Below, in pieces: positions 50,877-60,499 of a DNA stretch of 64,000 nucleotides. The notes beneath the pieces were generated by a model. It searched no databases. It worked only from the letters and a program-made list of their open reading frames with translations, and had not been told where the DNA came from. Each line of letters opens with the position of its first letter. Position 1 is the stretch's first letter. The translations under genes were made by a program, and so were the position numbers. The stretch is taken from the IMG/VR virus record IMGVR_UViG_3300047994_000374, positions 248,001 through 312,000 of that record; one strand, 5' to 3'.

Positions 50877-51888
50877 TATCTAATCCTTCCTCATCCCAAC
50901 CCGTCACATCGGACTTAGTCTTTACATCTTTCGCCAAATGAACGCCGTCCGCCGAGATAACTAAATCCATTTCGGCGATGCACTCATCTCCATCGAACAT
51001 GTGATTCTTTTTTACTTTTGCACGGGTCACGATGCCATACTTATATTTTTCTCCACTCTTTACTCGTGTTAAGTCTTGTTTGCGAGAAAGCTGAATAATA
51101 ACACTCGAAAGATAATAAATTTCACCGCCGCCTTTTTCAGTCTGGCCAACTGAACCAATATTGGCATAAGTTTGATTGATAATGAGCGTTGCAATCGTAT
51201 CTTCACCTGTATCACGGTCAAAATATTTATTTGCTAATTTATTGATTTTTCGAATGGCATAAGCATTTTCCTTTGCCGTAACACCTGGTTGTCTTGAAAA
51301 ATCTTCAGTGCCATCTTCTTTGTCTTCAGTTGAATTGACTGAAGCTCCAACAGAATCCCAAACAACTAAAATCTTAGTTTTTGGATCTATTTCTTTTGCC
51401 GCATGAATAAAATGGGCTACAGCTTTAACACCTTCAATAATATTATTCGTGTCAACAATTAAAAGTTCATTTGATTTACCACCGATTTTTTCATCAAATC
51501 GTGGAGCCGAAAACTTACGCTCAGAATCCCAAAGAATGACAAGAACATTTTGATCTTGCGCTTCCTTCATAAATACCATAGCGTGTGTTGATTTGCCTGA
51601 GTCTGGCTTTCCAGAAATTTGAATGATGCGACCCATTGGCAATCCAGGTAATCCAGTGAGCGCCTTCCAATGATCTCCGCCATTCCAAACGACATAATCT
51701 TTCTTATCTGTCGATCGAACAAGTGAACTTCCAGTTGCTAATTGATTGGAAAGCCCGCCTTCTTTTTTGCCATACGCTTCTTGCGCTTTTTTGACAATTT
51801 TGTTAATATCAAATTTTGATGCAACTTTTTTTTCTGCTTTTACTGGTTCTTTATTTTCTACTACTTCGGCTGTGGTGCTTTTTGGCAT
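50869..51888 (-). CDS. recA: RecA/UvsX-like recombinase
   Basis: GLPMGRI..ISGKPDSGKST; WDSE; WDSVG; IINQ; KVKKN. Confidence 0.9.
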   Translation of the reverse strand: MPKSTTAEVVENKEPVKAEKKVASKFDINKIVKKAQEAYGKKEGGLSNQLATGSSLVRSTDKKDYVVWNGGDHWKALTGLPGLPMGRIIQISGKPDSGKSTHAMVFMKEAQDQNVLVILWDSERKFSAPRFDEKIGGKSNELLIVDTNNIIEGVKAVAHFIHAAKEIDPKTKILVVWDSVGASVNSTEDKEDGTEDFSRQPGVTAKENAYAIRKINKLANKYFDRDTGEDTIATLIINQTYANIGSVGQTEKGGGEIYYLSSVIIQLSRKQDLTRVKSGEKYKYGIVTRAKVKKNHMFDGDECIAEMDLVISADGVHLAKDVKTKSDVTGWDEEGLDNE

Positions 51889-51905
51889 TTATTCTCCTTG
51901 TTAAA

Positions 51906-52328
51906 TTATTCTGCCCAGGTTTTATTTTTTGCTAAATTTCTGAAAAAAATATGAGAATCTTTAAGAGTTCCCAATACATAGTTCCATTTTTTTAATGTTG
52001 ATTCACTTTGGGCGTGTTCATTTTTGGCGGCAACAATATCCGGTGATCTGGAGACAAAACTTGCCGTCATGTTTTCTGTTGTCTTTTTTTCTGTCTCTTT
52101 TGATTTGAATTCAAAATATTTTTCGCCTTCAAGCCTAGTAATTTCGTTTTTGGCATGTCGGGCTTTCATTTCAACTTCCTCAATGAAAAATGATACTTTC
52201 ATTTGAGCTGTTAAAAACAGAGCTGCCGTTCTGTCTGCTTTATCCGTGTCATATTTTTCACGGGCAGCGGCGGTCATTTCTGTAAAGCACTTATCTATCA
52301 AACTATCTAAATCAGAGTAATCAATCAT
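51906..52328 (-). CDS. Helical protein, UvsY-like recombination mediator
   Basis: 140 aa coiled-coil protein adjacent to recA with a 'KKTTE' segment. Confidence 0.5.
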   Translation of the reverse strand: MIDYSDLDSLIDKCFTEMTAAAREKYDTDKADRTAALFLTAQMKVSFFIEEVEMKARHAKNEITRLEGEKYFEFKSKETEKKTTENMTASFVSRSPDIVAAKNEHAQSESTLKKWNYVLGTLKDSHIFFRNLAKNKTWAE

Positions 52329-52377
52329 ATTACTAATAATGTAAGTAAAGATTTGTAAATGTCAATGCTTTTGCTTA

Positions 52378-52704
52378 TTATTTTTTATTTAAAAGTGCAA
52401 TTTTTTCGTCTAGTTCTTTACACTTATTTTTCATCTCTTCGGCGATACCTTCAACTTGTTTATAAAGAAGGCGCATATGTTGTTGTTGAAATATAGAAAC
52501 AAGAAACATGAAAATTTCGAAAGATGTTTGCTTGGTTGATGGTGGTCGTAAAAAAATAATAATACCATCATCATTTACTTCAAATAGATCTTGAAAGTAA
52601 TCTTCACCCTTGTTCGTTGTCGTAGTATAGGATTTAACTATTTTCTGATAAAGAGCATATTCATCTGAAGTTAAATCTACTTTCTTATGATCGATGACAT
52701 TCAT
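52378..52704 (-). CDS. Hypothetical protein
   Basis: 108 aa ORF. Confidence 0.65.
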   Translation of the reverse strand: MNVIDHKKVDLTSDEYALYQKIVKSYTTTTNKGEDYFQDLFEVNDDGIIIFLRPPSTKQTSFEIFMFLVSIFQQQHMRLLYKQVEGIAEEMKNKCKELDEKIALLNKK

Positions 52705-52707
52705 AAA

Positions 52708-53460
52708 TTAACCTCTTGAAAAACTACCTAATCCAGAATTCATGCGATTACTACTATCAGCTGACTTATGGAGCATTTCTTGTAATTTTTGGACATCTTT
52801 AGAGTTGGTTTGCATTCCGCCGTTTTTATTTACCATGGCTCTTACAACTGCTGGAAGCTCTTCATCGTCCATATTGGGAGCGAATGAAGAGGCAACTGAA
52901 TTTTCTTCTGAAAACAGTTCGCCTGTTTCGCCAACATACTCTGAATCCATATCATCGTTCATATCTACGCTTCCACCTGTAATGCCGGCTTTCTCAATCT
53001 TTTCTTTCATTTCCTTAAGGAATGAAGTTCTTTCAGCCATACTTGTTTGTGGTCCGTTTTTCTTAATATGACCAGCTCGTTTAAAAAAGTCAGAAGCATC
53101 GGCGTCTGATTTAATCTTTTTGGTGAGAACCTCTTCTTCTTCACCACGATCGTTTTTAACCTTAATAATTTCTTCTTTTGCCTCTTCATTATTATGCACA
53201 GGGACTCTTTGTTGACGAGCTTGTGGTAAGAACTTTTGTATTTCGGGCGAGTCAGTTTTAATATAATTATGATTTGAAAAAAGCCAATCATTGAGTTGTT
53301 CTGGATATTTGGACAATCCGATCATTGCCTCGCCTAGAGTTGTTAGCAATACTTTTAACTCTTCTTCCATAATAATTTGTCCACAAAATGGACAAGCATT
53401 ATTATCAATAGCGAATTTCCATTTTGGATCAATAACTACTTCACAACTAATACACTTCAT
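52708..53460 (-). CDS. Zinc-ribbon hypothetical protein
   Basis: CISC...CPFCG at the N-terminus. Confidence 0.65.
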   Translation of the reverse strand: MKCISCEVVIDPKWKFAIDNNACPFCGQIIMEEELKVLLTTLGEAMIGLSKYPEQLNDWLFSNHNYIKTDSPEIQKFLPQARQQRVPVHNNEEAKEEIIKVKNDRGEEEEVLTKKIKSDADASDFFKRAGHIKKNGPQTSMAERTSFLKEMKEKIEKAGITGGSVDMNDDMDSEYVGETGELFSEENSVASSFAPNMDDEELPAVVRAMVNKNGGMQTNSKDVQKLQEMLHKSADSSNRMNSGLGSFSRG

Positions 53461-53948
53461 TTAATTGCCTTTTTGGTTCTTTTATTTTTGCTGGGCGTAT
53501 GTTTAATTTTTAATTCTCTTTTTGAAGGGGCTTTGATTGATGGCTTACGAATGCCTGAAGTTATCGCTATAGATTCTTCTAATGCAGCTTCTTCCTTTAA
53601 TTCGGCTGCAATATCGTAAGGTTTAGATTTTGCTTTTGCAAATGGTCCTGTATAAAAAGCCTTATATCTTTCAAATTTATCAGCATATGGTCCGCCCCAA
53701 TATTCAGATAGATCTCGTTTTAATTCATCAATTTTTGAAATTGGCTGCTTTGTTGCATCTAATCCTGCGGTTTCAACTAAATGTTCTAAAAATGAAACTA
53801 ATGGGCTTAACCATAAATTACCAAGAACCATTCCCAAATTAACATATCTATCTTTAAATGATAATTTCAATTTTTCTACTGGCTTTTCAGCAGTGGAATA
53901 AATTTTAGTTTCTAAAAGATTAACTGCTTTCGTAAAAATATTTTTCAT
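53457..53948 (-). CDS. Hypothetical protein
   Basis: 163 aa ORF. Confidence 0.6.
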   Translation of the reverse strand: MKNIFTKAVNLLETKIYSTAEKPVEKLKLSFKDRYVNLGMVLGNLWLSPLVSFLEHLVETAGLDATKQPISKIDELKRDLSEYWGGPYADKFERYKAFYTGPFAKAKSKPYDIAAELKEEAALEESIAITSGIRKPSIKAPSKRELKIKHTPSKNKRTKKAIK

Positions 53949-53988
53949 CGGTTCCTTTTAAAGGTTGTCATTTCTTTATATATCGAGC

Positions 53989-55242
53989 CTATTCATCATT
54001 TTCATCGTCTAATTCAATTAAACCTTCATTATACAGAATGTCTTCCAAATGATCTTGAATGTCTTTGGGTTCATTGAATTTTATCTCTTCGACAGGCTCT
54101 GATTTATTTTTAAGGGCTTTCATTGAAATCTTTTTGGATTTCAAATCGTTTGGCATAGATGGAGGCATGGCGAGATTAAATAAATCATAAAGAATAATTC
54201 CCATATTATCTTCATAGTTATTTGTGGTTCCAGAAAAATGAATACCGAGTCCAGCTTCAAATTTTGCTTTTTTATTGATTGCTTTCATATTCTGTTGAAG
54301 TTTCTCCCACTGTTCTGGAAAAATGGTAACGGAACATTGATCGCCTGTTTTATCTTCAATAGTTGCCTTAACCATCGTCTTACCGTAATTTTTCGAACCT
54401 TCTTTTTTAATTCGGAACTCAAAAAAATCCTTTACAATACCCTTCATAGATTTAAAAGTCGTTTTCTCTTTAGCCTTTTTAATCTGTTGAACAAGCGTAT
54501 GGTCATCTTCGAAAAATGCGCCATAAGCCTTGGACGGTTTACAAATAAATCCTTCTCCCAAATAATGATGTTCAAGCGCATATAGTTCTGGTTTCGTCCA
54601 TTCAATATCGGTCGGCCAAGGATACTCAAACTTTTCTTTTGCAGGATCATGTTTTTTTAACCAAGATTGGAGTTTCTTGCGATAGTCTGAACAGTAAAGA
54701 AACATGGCTTTTCTAGTAATCGTTTTTGTTGCGAAAATATCAAGTGCCCCTGATGCTGCAAGGGCTTGAATAGAATTGGCTCTCACCGCCTTTGAACTAA
54801 TACGATGCATGAAATCAAAGAAGCTAGTAAAAGGACGCTTTGCTAAAATATCCAAAATAGCATCGTCGCCGACAAATTTAATTGCATCAAGTCCTGTGAT
54901 TAATTTATCTCCCTCAACAATATAGGTAAGTTGAGCTTTGTTTAATTCGGGCGGAACAATTTTTACTTTATGTTGACGGATTTCTTTTTTGATTTTGTCG
55001 ATATTTGCTTTGGCATCAGGTGTGGCTGATTTTACTTCTGCCATAAGATTTGCGAGAAGAAACTCAATTGGGAAGTGGGCTTTTAGATAGGCTGTTTTAT
55101 ATCCAGTCATTGAATAAAGAATACTATGTGAATTGGATGTTAGCATGCCGTTAGCCAGATAAAATTGATGATCTGGATGATCTACTTCAAGGTCGTAGGT
55201 TTGAAAACTTCCAATCTCTTTAACTGATTTAATGTTACTCAT
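53989..55242 (-). CDS. dnaE: DNA polymerase III alpha C-terminal half, preceded by a 37-aa C-intein (55132..55242)
   Basis: MSNIKSVKEIG..QTYDLEV...HQFYLANGMLTSN|SHS..Y...Y.TAYLKAHFP.EF; HhH and OB-fold motifs. Confidence 0.92.
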   Translation of the reverse strand: MSNIKSVKEIGSFQTYDLEVDHPDHQFYLANGMLTSNSHSILYSMTGYKTAYLKAHFPIEFLLANLMAEVKSATPDAKANIDKIKKEIRQHKVKIVPPELNKAQLTYIVEGDKLITGLDAIKFVGDDAILDILAKRPFTSFFDFMHRISSKAVRANSIQALAASGALDIFATKTITRKAMFLYCSDYRKKLQSWLKKHDPAKEKFEYPWPTDIEWTKPELYALEHHYLGEGFICKPSKAYGAFFEDDHTLVQQIKKAKEKTTFKSMKGIVKDFFEFRIKKEGSKNYGKTMVKATIEDKTGDQCSVTIFPEQWEKLQQNMKAINKKAKFEAGLGIHFSGTTNNYEDNMGIILYDLFNLAMPPSMPNDLKSKKISMKALKNKSEPVEEIKFNEPKDIQDHLEDILYNEGLIELDDENDE

Positions 55243-56410
55243 ATGCTTTACCTATTTTATAAATCCCTGGTATTTTGTTATTTAATATTTCTAATAATTG
55301 AGCGATACACTCTGGTTTAAAATATGATTTTTCTATTTTATTTTTATCTACGTATTGATCATCTGATATTCTAATTAAAGTCCAATTCTTTTTTATAATT
55401 AAATCTTCGAGCTGGCGATCTTTAATTATAACCACTTTCAGCACGTCTTCTCCAAAAATCGGTTTAAAATGAGTTGGACCATCAAACTCTATATAAATTC
55501 TTTTTTTAACATCCATCATATCTATTTGTGTTTTAGATGTAAAAATTTTAGCTTTTATAAATTTATTTCTTTTAAATTTAAATCCTTTAAGTTCAAGCAC
55601 GAATTCGAACAATTTCTTTTCTGGTTTGCTCTGCCAACTATTTAACATTGGCTTTGTGCATTTATTATAAAAATCATCTGGATAACCATCTCGCCAAACT
55701 TGAAGTTGTTTAGTTCGGCTTTCAATAATATCTGGGCGAGCGGAGGTTATTTTGGCTGTATCAGAGGATTTTTGACGCATAACATCACTTTGATTGACTT
55801 TGGTCATGACGCCAGCTCTACGGGTTCTATCTTCTGGATTTGCCATAATTGCTGCACTTACTGCCTTGCTCATTTTTTCACAATATTCTGTTAAATCTTC
55901 GCCGTTTTCCTTCGCCCTATTAATCCAGTTGCCAGTAATTTTATTAGCTTCTGAGTGTGTTTTTGAAGATTTATTAGAAATAATTTTCCCATGATTTTCC
56001 ATATATTCTTTTTTGCTTAAATTGTGCACTAATTTTATATGCCCGGCGAGGCGTTTGGCGTGAACATTGCAAATTTTACAAACAACATAATCTTCATCTT
56101 CTATAAGATTAGCATAGTATAAATTGCACTTACTTTCACATTTTTTGCGATTATCTAATACCAAATATTCCGATGCACAAAATTTACATTTGAATTTTTC
56201 ACGATCTTTATAATACGAACTGCCGCATCCAAATCGACACTCAAAATCTTTTAACTTTAATATTTCCGTAAGCGATTGTGATGTATTGCACCCACACATA
56301 AATTTAAAGTTAACTTTTGTCTTACTTCCTTTAAACTTTTCTAATAATGTTAGATTATTTCTATATTTTTCAGGTATTCTTTCTATATATTCTTTTAACG
56401 ATTTCGACAT
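55235..56410 (-). CDS. Free-standing Vsr/DUF559-like homing endonuclease between the dnaE halves
   Basis: C..C...H...H zinc finger; SKPE...ID...IEFDGPTH...DR...WTLIRI. Confidence 0.8.
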   Translation of the reverse strand: MSKSLKEYIERIPEKYRNNLTLLEKFKGSKTKVNFKFMCGCNTSQSLTEILKLKDFECRFGCGSSYYKDREKFKCKFCASEYLVLDNRKKCESKCNLYYANLIEDEDYVVCKICNVHAKRLAGHIKLVHNLSKKEYMENHGKIISNKSSKTHSEANKITGNWINRAKENGEDLTEYCEKMSKAVSAAIMANPEDRTRRAGVMTKVNQSDVMRQKSSDTAKITSARPDIIESRTKQLQVWRDGYPDDFYNKCTKPMLNSWQSKPEKKLFEFVLELKGFKFKRNKFIKAKIFTSKTQIDMMDVKKRIYIEFDGPTHFKPIFGEDVLKVVIIKDRQLEDLIIKKNWTLIRISDDQYVDKNKIEKSYFKPECIAQLLEILNNKIPGIYKIGKAYE

Positions 56411-56414
56411 TTCA

Positions 56415-59108
56415 TTATCCTATAATAATAGATAAATTTAAATCTATTATTTTATGAAGTGGCAGCATTTCATTAGTCTCTTTAACGCGAAATTTATGAT
56501 CCATCGTGCACTTTACTTTTTCGCCCGTTGTCAATTCTACTTCAACTAATGGTAAGGTTCCGTGATCATGTTTATTTAAAATTTCAACAAAAATGTCTTT
56601 TTTCATTTTTTCGTCTCTTGATCTAACAAATTCACCAGCCACTACATTTTCTATGGTTTTTTGTTGAAGGAAAATACCTTCACTATTATATATATCGACC
56701 ATTTCTAAAAAGTGCACTGATTTGTTGAACCCATACCCACCAAAATTTTCAATAACTTCCGTCCATATACGTTGGGCAATCATTTCTTGGACGCCATTTT
56801 TTACGCAATCAGCAATAAATTCTTCGCGGAGAGCTTGAATTTTTTTGGGATTTTTACCTTTATCCTTCGTCATCTTTCTTAAACGGTCAGCATCATTTAA
56901 ACTCCAACACGCCACATCTTGTGCCAAATAGAATAAAGATTCTTCATAAAGACCGAATCCGAATGTATTATTGAATGCTCGACCTAATTTTGGATGTAAT
57001 AAAGAGAAGGCTCGTTTTCCATCTTTTGTTAAAATGAAGTCCTTTCTCATGTCTCTGGCAGATGGGCGAGATAAAGAGTTAATGTAACTAATATCATTAA
57101 TTGATTTTGGCTTAATCTGTCGGCAAAGATCAATGGTGCCACCAGATGTTCCTAACTGAAAAACTCCATAAGTGTCGCCCGATGAGATTAAATCATAAGT
57201 TGCCTGATCATAGGCATCAAAATCAATCACTGGAACTTCTTTGCCTGCCTGTCTAATAAGTTCTTCTGTTTTACCAATTAAATCAAGCGTAGATAGCCCA
57301 AGAATATCAATCTTAACCATTCCATTTTCTTCGGACTTATCTTTATCATATTCAATGGCAAGTGTTCCATCTTTATCTTTTCTTAATGGAACCAATCCAG
57401 TCATAGGGCGTGAAGATATAATAATTCCGCCTGCATGCGTTGACCACGCCCTCATTTGTCCAGACAGTTTTTTATATTTAATGAATTCGGGATATCTTTT
57501 GCAATACTCTCCAAATAATGGGATTTTAGCCAATGCATCATCTATGGATTTAATTTCAGCGGGAATACAGTCAGCAACTTCATTTCCAATCCGAACAGCA
57601 TCTTCTTTAGAGCCGCCTAACTCGCATGCTCTAGCGATATCTTTAACATAAACCTTTGGAGTAATTGTATTTACATTGGAGACGTGAGCTACATTGTTTT
57701 CGCCATATTTGTTAATAAGATAGTTTTGAACTCTATCTCTGCCTGATGGAGCAATGTCAGAATCGACGTCGGGGAATGCAATCTTATCTTTATTTAAAAA
57801 ACGAGCAAAAATCAAATTATGTTGAATAGGATCGGCAGTATGAATATCTATTAGGTAAGCTAATAAAGATCCTCCTACAGATCCACGACCTTCATTTATT
57901 GGAATGCCTTGATTTCGTGCCCAATCAAGGAAATCGGCAACAATCAACATGTAGCTGGAAAAATCTCGAAACTCAATAACATCAAGCTCTTCAATTAATC
58001 TTGCACGATATTCCTCTTCTTTACCGACAGGAACTTTATTTTTAAACCCCAACTCACACTTATAGCGAAGGAATGCTTTATCTTCGCTTAATATTTTAAC
58101 TTCATTATTCTGCTCACTCAACCAAGCTAAAAATTCTTGATAATTCAATTCATCTTTTACTGGAAATATTGGAAGCTCTTTGCCTGATGGATTTGAAAAT
58201 TTGGGATCAATCCACTCCGGCTTTTCACACAAGTCAGAAAAATAAATTGAATTATCACAAAATTCTTGTGCTTGCGCCTCTCCGTAATTTCGAACAAAGA
58301 AACTCTTAACTTCTTCACCTGACTTCAAATAAAAGTCTTCAACTGGATACCTTAAACGGAAATTTGAATAGATAGTTTGATGACTTCCGATTGCCAAAAG
58401 GGCATCGTGTGTTTTAGCCTCGTCTTTGTGAAGATAATGAGTATTACAAGCTACTACAACTCGAATACCGTGCTTCTTACCTAAATTCGTAAGCTGTCTA
58501 TTTAAGAATACCTGATCAATTTCATCGTTATAAATATTCGATCCACGCTTCATATTATTGGGTTGGATTTCAATGCCCAAATTGTCGGCGAAAATATCTT
58601 TTAATCGCAGTAATGTTTTTTCAGCTTCATCTGGCTTTCTATTCATGAGAAGCTGGCTGATGATGCCATTGCCACATGCTGTTAAACAAATCAATCCTTC
58701 AGCATGTTCTTCTAACAACTTCCAGTCAATAATTGGATAAACGCGCTTGCCAAGAAATGATCCTTGATCGAAGCCTTTTTTATTAATGGTGAGAAGATTT
58801 CGATACCCTATTGCATTTTTAGCAATGAGAATGATATGCTTTAATTTATTTTGCTTTTTTGCATTGGATTCTTGCGCTTTTTTAGTAGCATCATCTAAGA
58901 AGTAACACTCCATACCGACGATAAGCTTGATACCTATTTCCTGTGATGCCTTCCAAGCCTCCCAGAAAGAACCTCCGCTTCCATGGTCCGTTATGGCGAC
59001 CGCTGGCATGCCTATCTCTTTGGCGCGCTTTAAAAGGTCTTTGGGAGAGATAATCGAATCTAAAATTGAATAATGCGTTTGATTGTGAAGCGATACGAAA
59101 TTGGTCAT
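56415..59108 (-). CDS. dnaE: DNA polymerase III alpha N-terminal half, followed by an N-intein (56418..56720)
   Basis: PHP domain H.QT.YSILD/TDHG; GRGSVGG; PDVDSD; ...GYGFNK|SVHFLEMV...CTMDHKF. Confidence 0.93.
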   Translation of the reverse strand: MTNFVSLHNQTHYSILDSIISPKDLLKRAKEIGMPAVAITDHGSGGSFWEAWKASQEIGIKLIVGMECYFLDDATKKAQESNAKKQNKLKHIILIAKNAIGYRNLLTINKKGFDQGSFLGKRVYPIIDWKLLEEHAEGLICLTACGNGIISQLLMNRKPDEAEKTLLRLKDIFADNLGIEIQPNNMKRGSNIYNDEIDQVFLNRQLTNLGKKHGIRVVVACNTHYLHKDEAKTHDALLAIGSHQTIYSNFRLRYPVEDFYLKSGEEVKSFFVRNYGEAQAQEFCDNSIYFSDLCEKPEWIDPKFSNPSGKELPIFPVKDELNYQEFLAWLSEQNNEVKILSEDKAFLRYKCELGFKNKVPVGKEEEYRARLIEELDVIEFRDFSSYMLIVADFLDWARNQGIPINEGRGSVGGSLLAYLIDIHTADPIQHNLIFARFLNKDKIAFPDVDSDIAPSGRDRVQNYLINKYGENNVAHVSNVNTITPKVYVKDIARACELGGSKEDAVRIGNEVADCIPAEIKSIDDALAKIPLFGEYCKRYPEFIKYKKLSGQMRAWSTHAGGIIISSRPMTGLVPLRKDKDGTLAIEYDKDKSEENGMVKIDILGLSTLDLIGKTEELIRQAGKEVPVIDFDAYDQATYDLISSGDTYGVFQLGTSGGTIDLCRQIKPKSINDISYINSLSRPSARDMRKDFILTKDGKRAFSLLHPKLGRAFNNTFGFGLYEESLFYLAQDVACWSLNDADRLRKMTKDKGKNPKKIQALREEFIADCVKNGVQEMIAQRIWTEVIENFGGYGFNKSVHFLEMVDIYNSEGIFLQQKTIENVVAGEFVRSRDEKMKKDIFVEILNKHDHGTLPLVEVELTTGEKVKCTMDHKFRVKETNEMLPLHKIIDLNLSIIIG

Positions 59109-59222
59109 AAGTTTCTTTCTTTTTCATTTTGGCTAATAAATCAACCTACAAGAGGACATCGATCAAAAGATCGCGATTTTAGTCAATGAATGAGATGTGA
59201 GTGAGGTATAAAAATATAGACA

Positions 59223-59885
59223 TTACTTATCGAAAAGCAAGGTCTTTAATTGAAGCTCTTTTAGATTATCATCAATTTCATAGAATTTATTGATGACTTT
59301 AAATTGTTCTTTCCAAAATTCTCTATTTTTGGATTTTTTAATAATTAATCGCTGTAATTCTTCAAAGGATAATCTTTTATGTTTAAATAAGGCGTGGGCT
59401 ACAATTTGAACGGCATCCCAATGTTCTTGCAATTCACTTAAAACTTCTCTAATTATTCTTTGCTTATAATTGTATCGTTTTCTTCCTGGAGGACATAACT
59501 GGTACTTTATAATCAAATTTGTGGCGGATTTAAGATCATCCGATGCTCCATTAAGAACCATTGGAAACCTATCTGATCCAGAACTATATTTAAAATAACA
59601 CTTTTCAGCTGCGAGACCGGCATAACTTAATCCAATTTCTGCATGAACAAGTTTATCCAAAAGATCGGGGTCTTCAACCTTATTTAGGTCATTGGCGATA
59701 TAATAAGTAAATCCGTCAATGCGTTTTGACTTTTTAGCCTGAAACACTTGGACGGACTCAACTTTCATATATCTAAGTAAAGCGTAAATAACATGTCCGC
59801 TTTCGTGCCAACTTGTTAAAATCGTTTCCTGAGTTTGAGAGATTTTCTTTCGAACTTCCTCAATCGATTTTGACCGTTTTGGCAT
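59223..59885 (-). CDS. FtsH/M41-like zinc peptidase domain protein (no AAA domain)
   Basis: WHESGH; AGLAAE; GASDDL..A. Confidence 0.8.
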   Translation of the reverse strand: MPKRSKSIEEVRKKISQTQETILTSWHESGHVIYALLRYMKVESVQVFQAKKSKRIDGFTYYIANDLNKVEDPDLLDKLVHAEIGLSYAGLAAEKCYFKYSSGSDRFPMVLNGASDDLKSATNLIIKYQLCPPGRKRYNYKQRIIREVLSELQEHWDAVQIVAHALFKHKRLSFEELQRLIIKKSKNREFWKEQFKVINKFYEIDDNLKELQLKTLLFDK

Positions 59886-59887
59886 AA

Positions 59888-60166
59888 TTACTCCATATTT
59901 GTTAGCATATCCTCGAAATCAGTAAGGATCTTGTCGCAATCATCCTTTTGACACTTTGCTTGCAGTCTATTTGTGCCTATGGTTCCCGTTACTATTAAAT
60001 ACGAATTATTGACATAAATCATACCTTGCTTGGTAAAATGAGCAGATTCTTTATACCCATTACTAACCAAAAAAGTCAATAATTCCAAGGTGATGGGACG
60101 ATCAACTTTAAATATAATTGATTTTCGCCCACAACACCCTGTAATAGTAAAGCGCTCAGATTTCAA
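59888..60166 (-). CDS. Hypothetical protein
   Basis: 92 aa ORF. Confidence 0.6.
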   Translation of the reverse strand: MKSERFTITGCCGRKSIIFKVDRPITLELLTFLVSNGYKESAHFTKQGMIYVNNSYLIVTGTIGTNRLQAKCQKDDCDKILTDFEDMLTNME

Positions 60167-60167
60167 C

Positions 60168-60482
60168 TCACTCCTTGTCGGAATCGCTCATATCGACGCC
60201 TTTTCCTTCAAGAAGAAATAACGCGTATTGAATTCTCGCCGTCTGCTCACGTAAACTTTCTTTATATGGAGCGGACCATTCTTTTACGCTTTCTTTTGCG
60301 GCATTAAGTTTTTGATCTGACTCCTTTGCTTTTGCTACTTCATAAAGATTTGATTCGCAAGTAAGAATAATTTTCTTCAAATCTTCAGCGCTTGCTGCAT
60401 CTGCAGTTTCTTTAAACTCTGGCAAATTCTTAATAACTTTTGCCCACTTTGCTGGAAAAAACACTTCTTGGTCGTTGCTCAT
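60168..60482 (-). CDS. Hypothetical helical protein
   Basis: 104 aa ORF. Confidence 0.65.
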   Translation of the reverse strand: MSNDQEVFFPAKWAKVIKNLPEFKETADAASAEDLKKIILTCESNLYEVAKAKESDQKLNAAKESVKEWSAPYKESLREQTARIQYALFLLEGKGVDMSDSDKE

Positions 60483-60499
60483 TTTATTTTTTATCTTTC

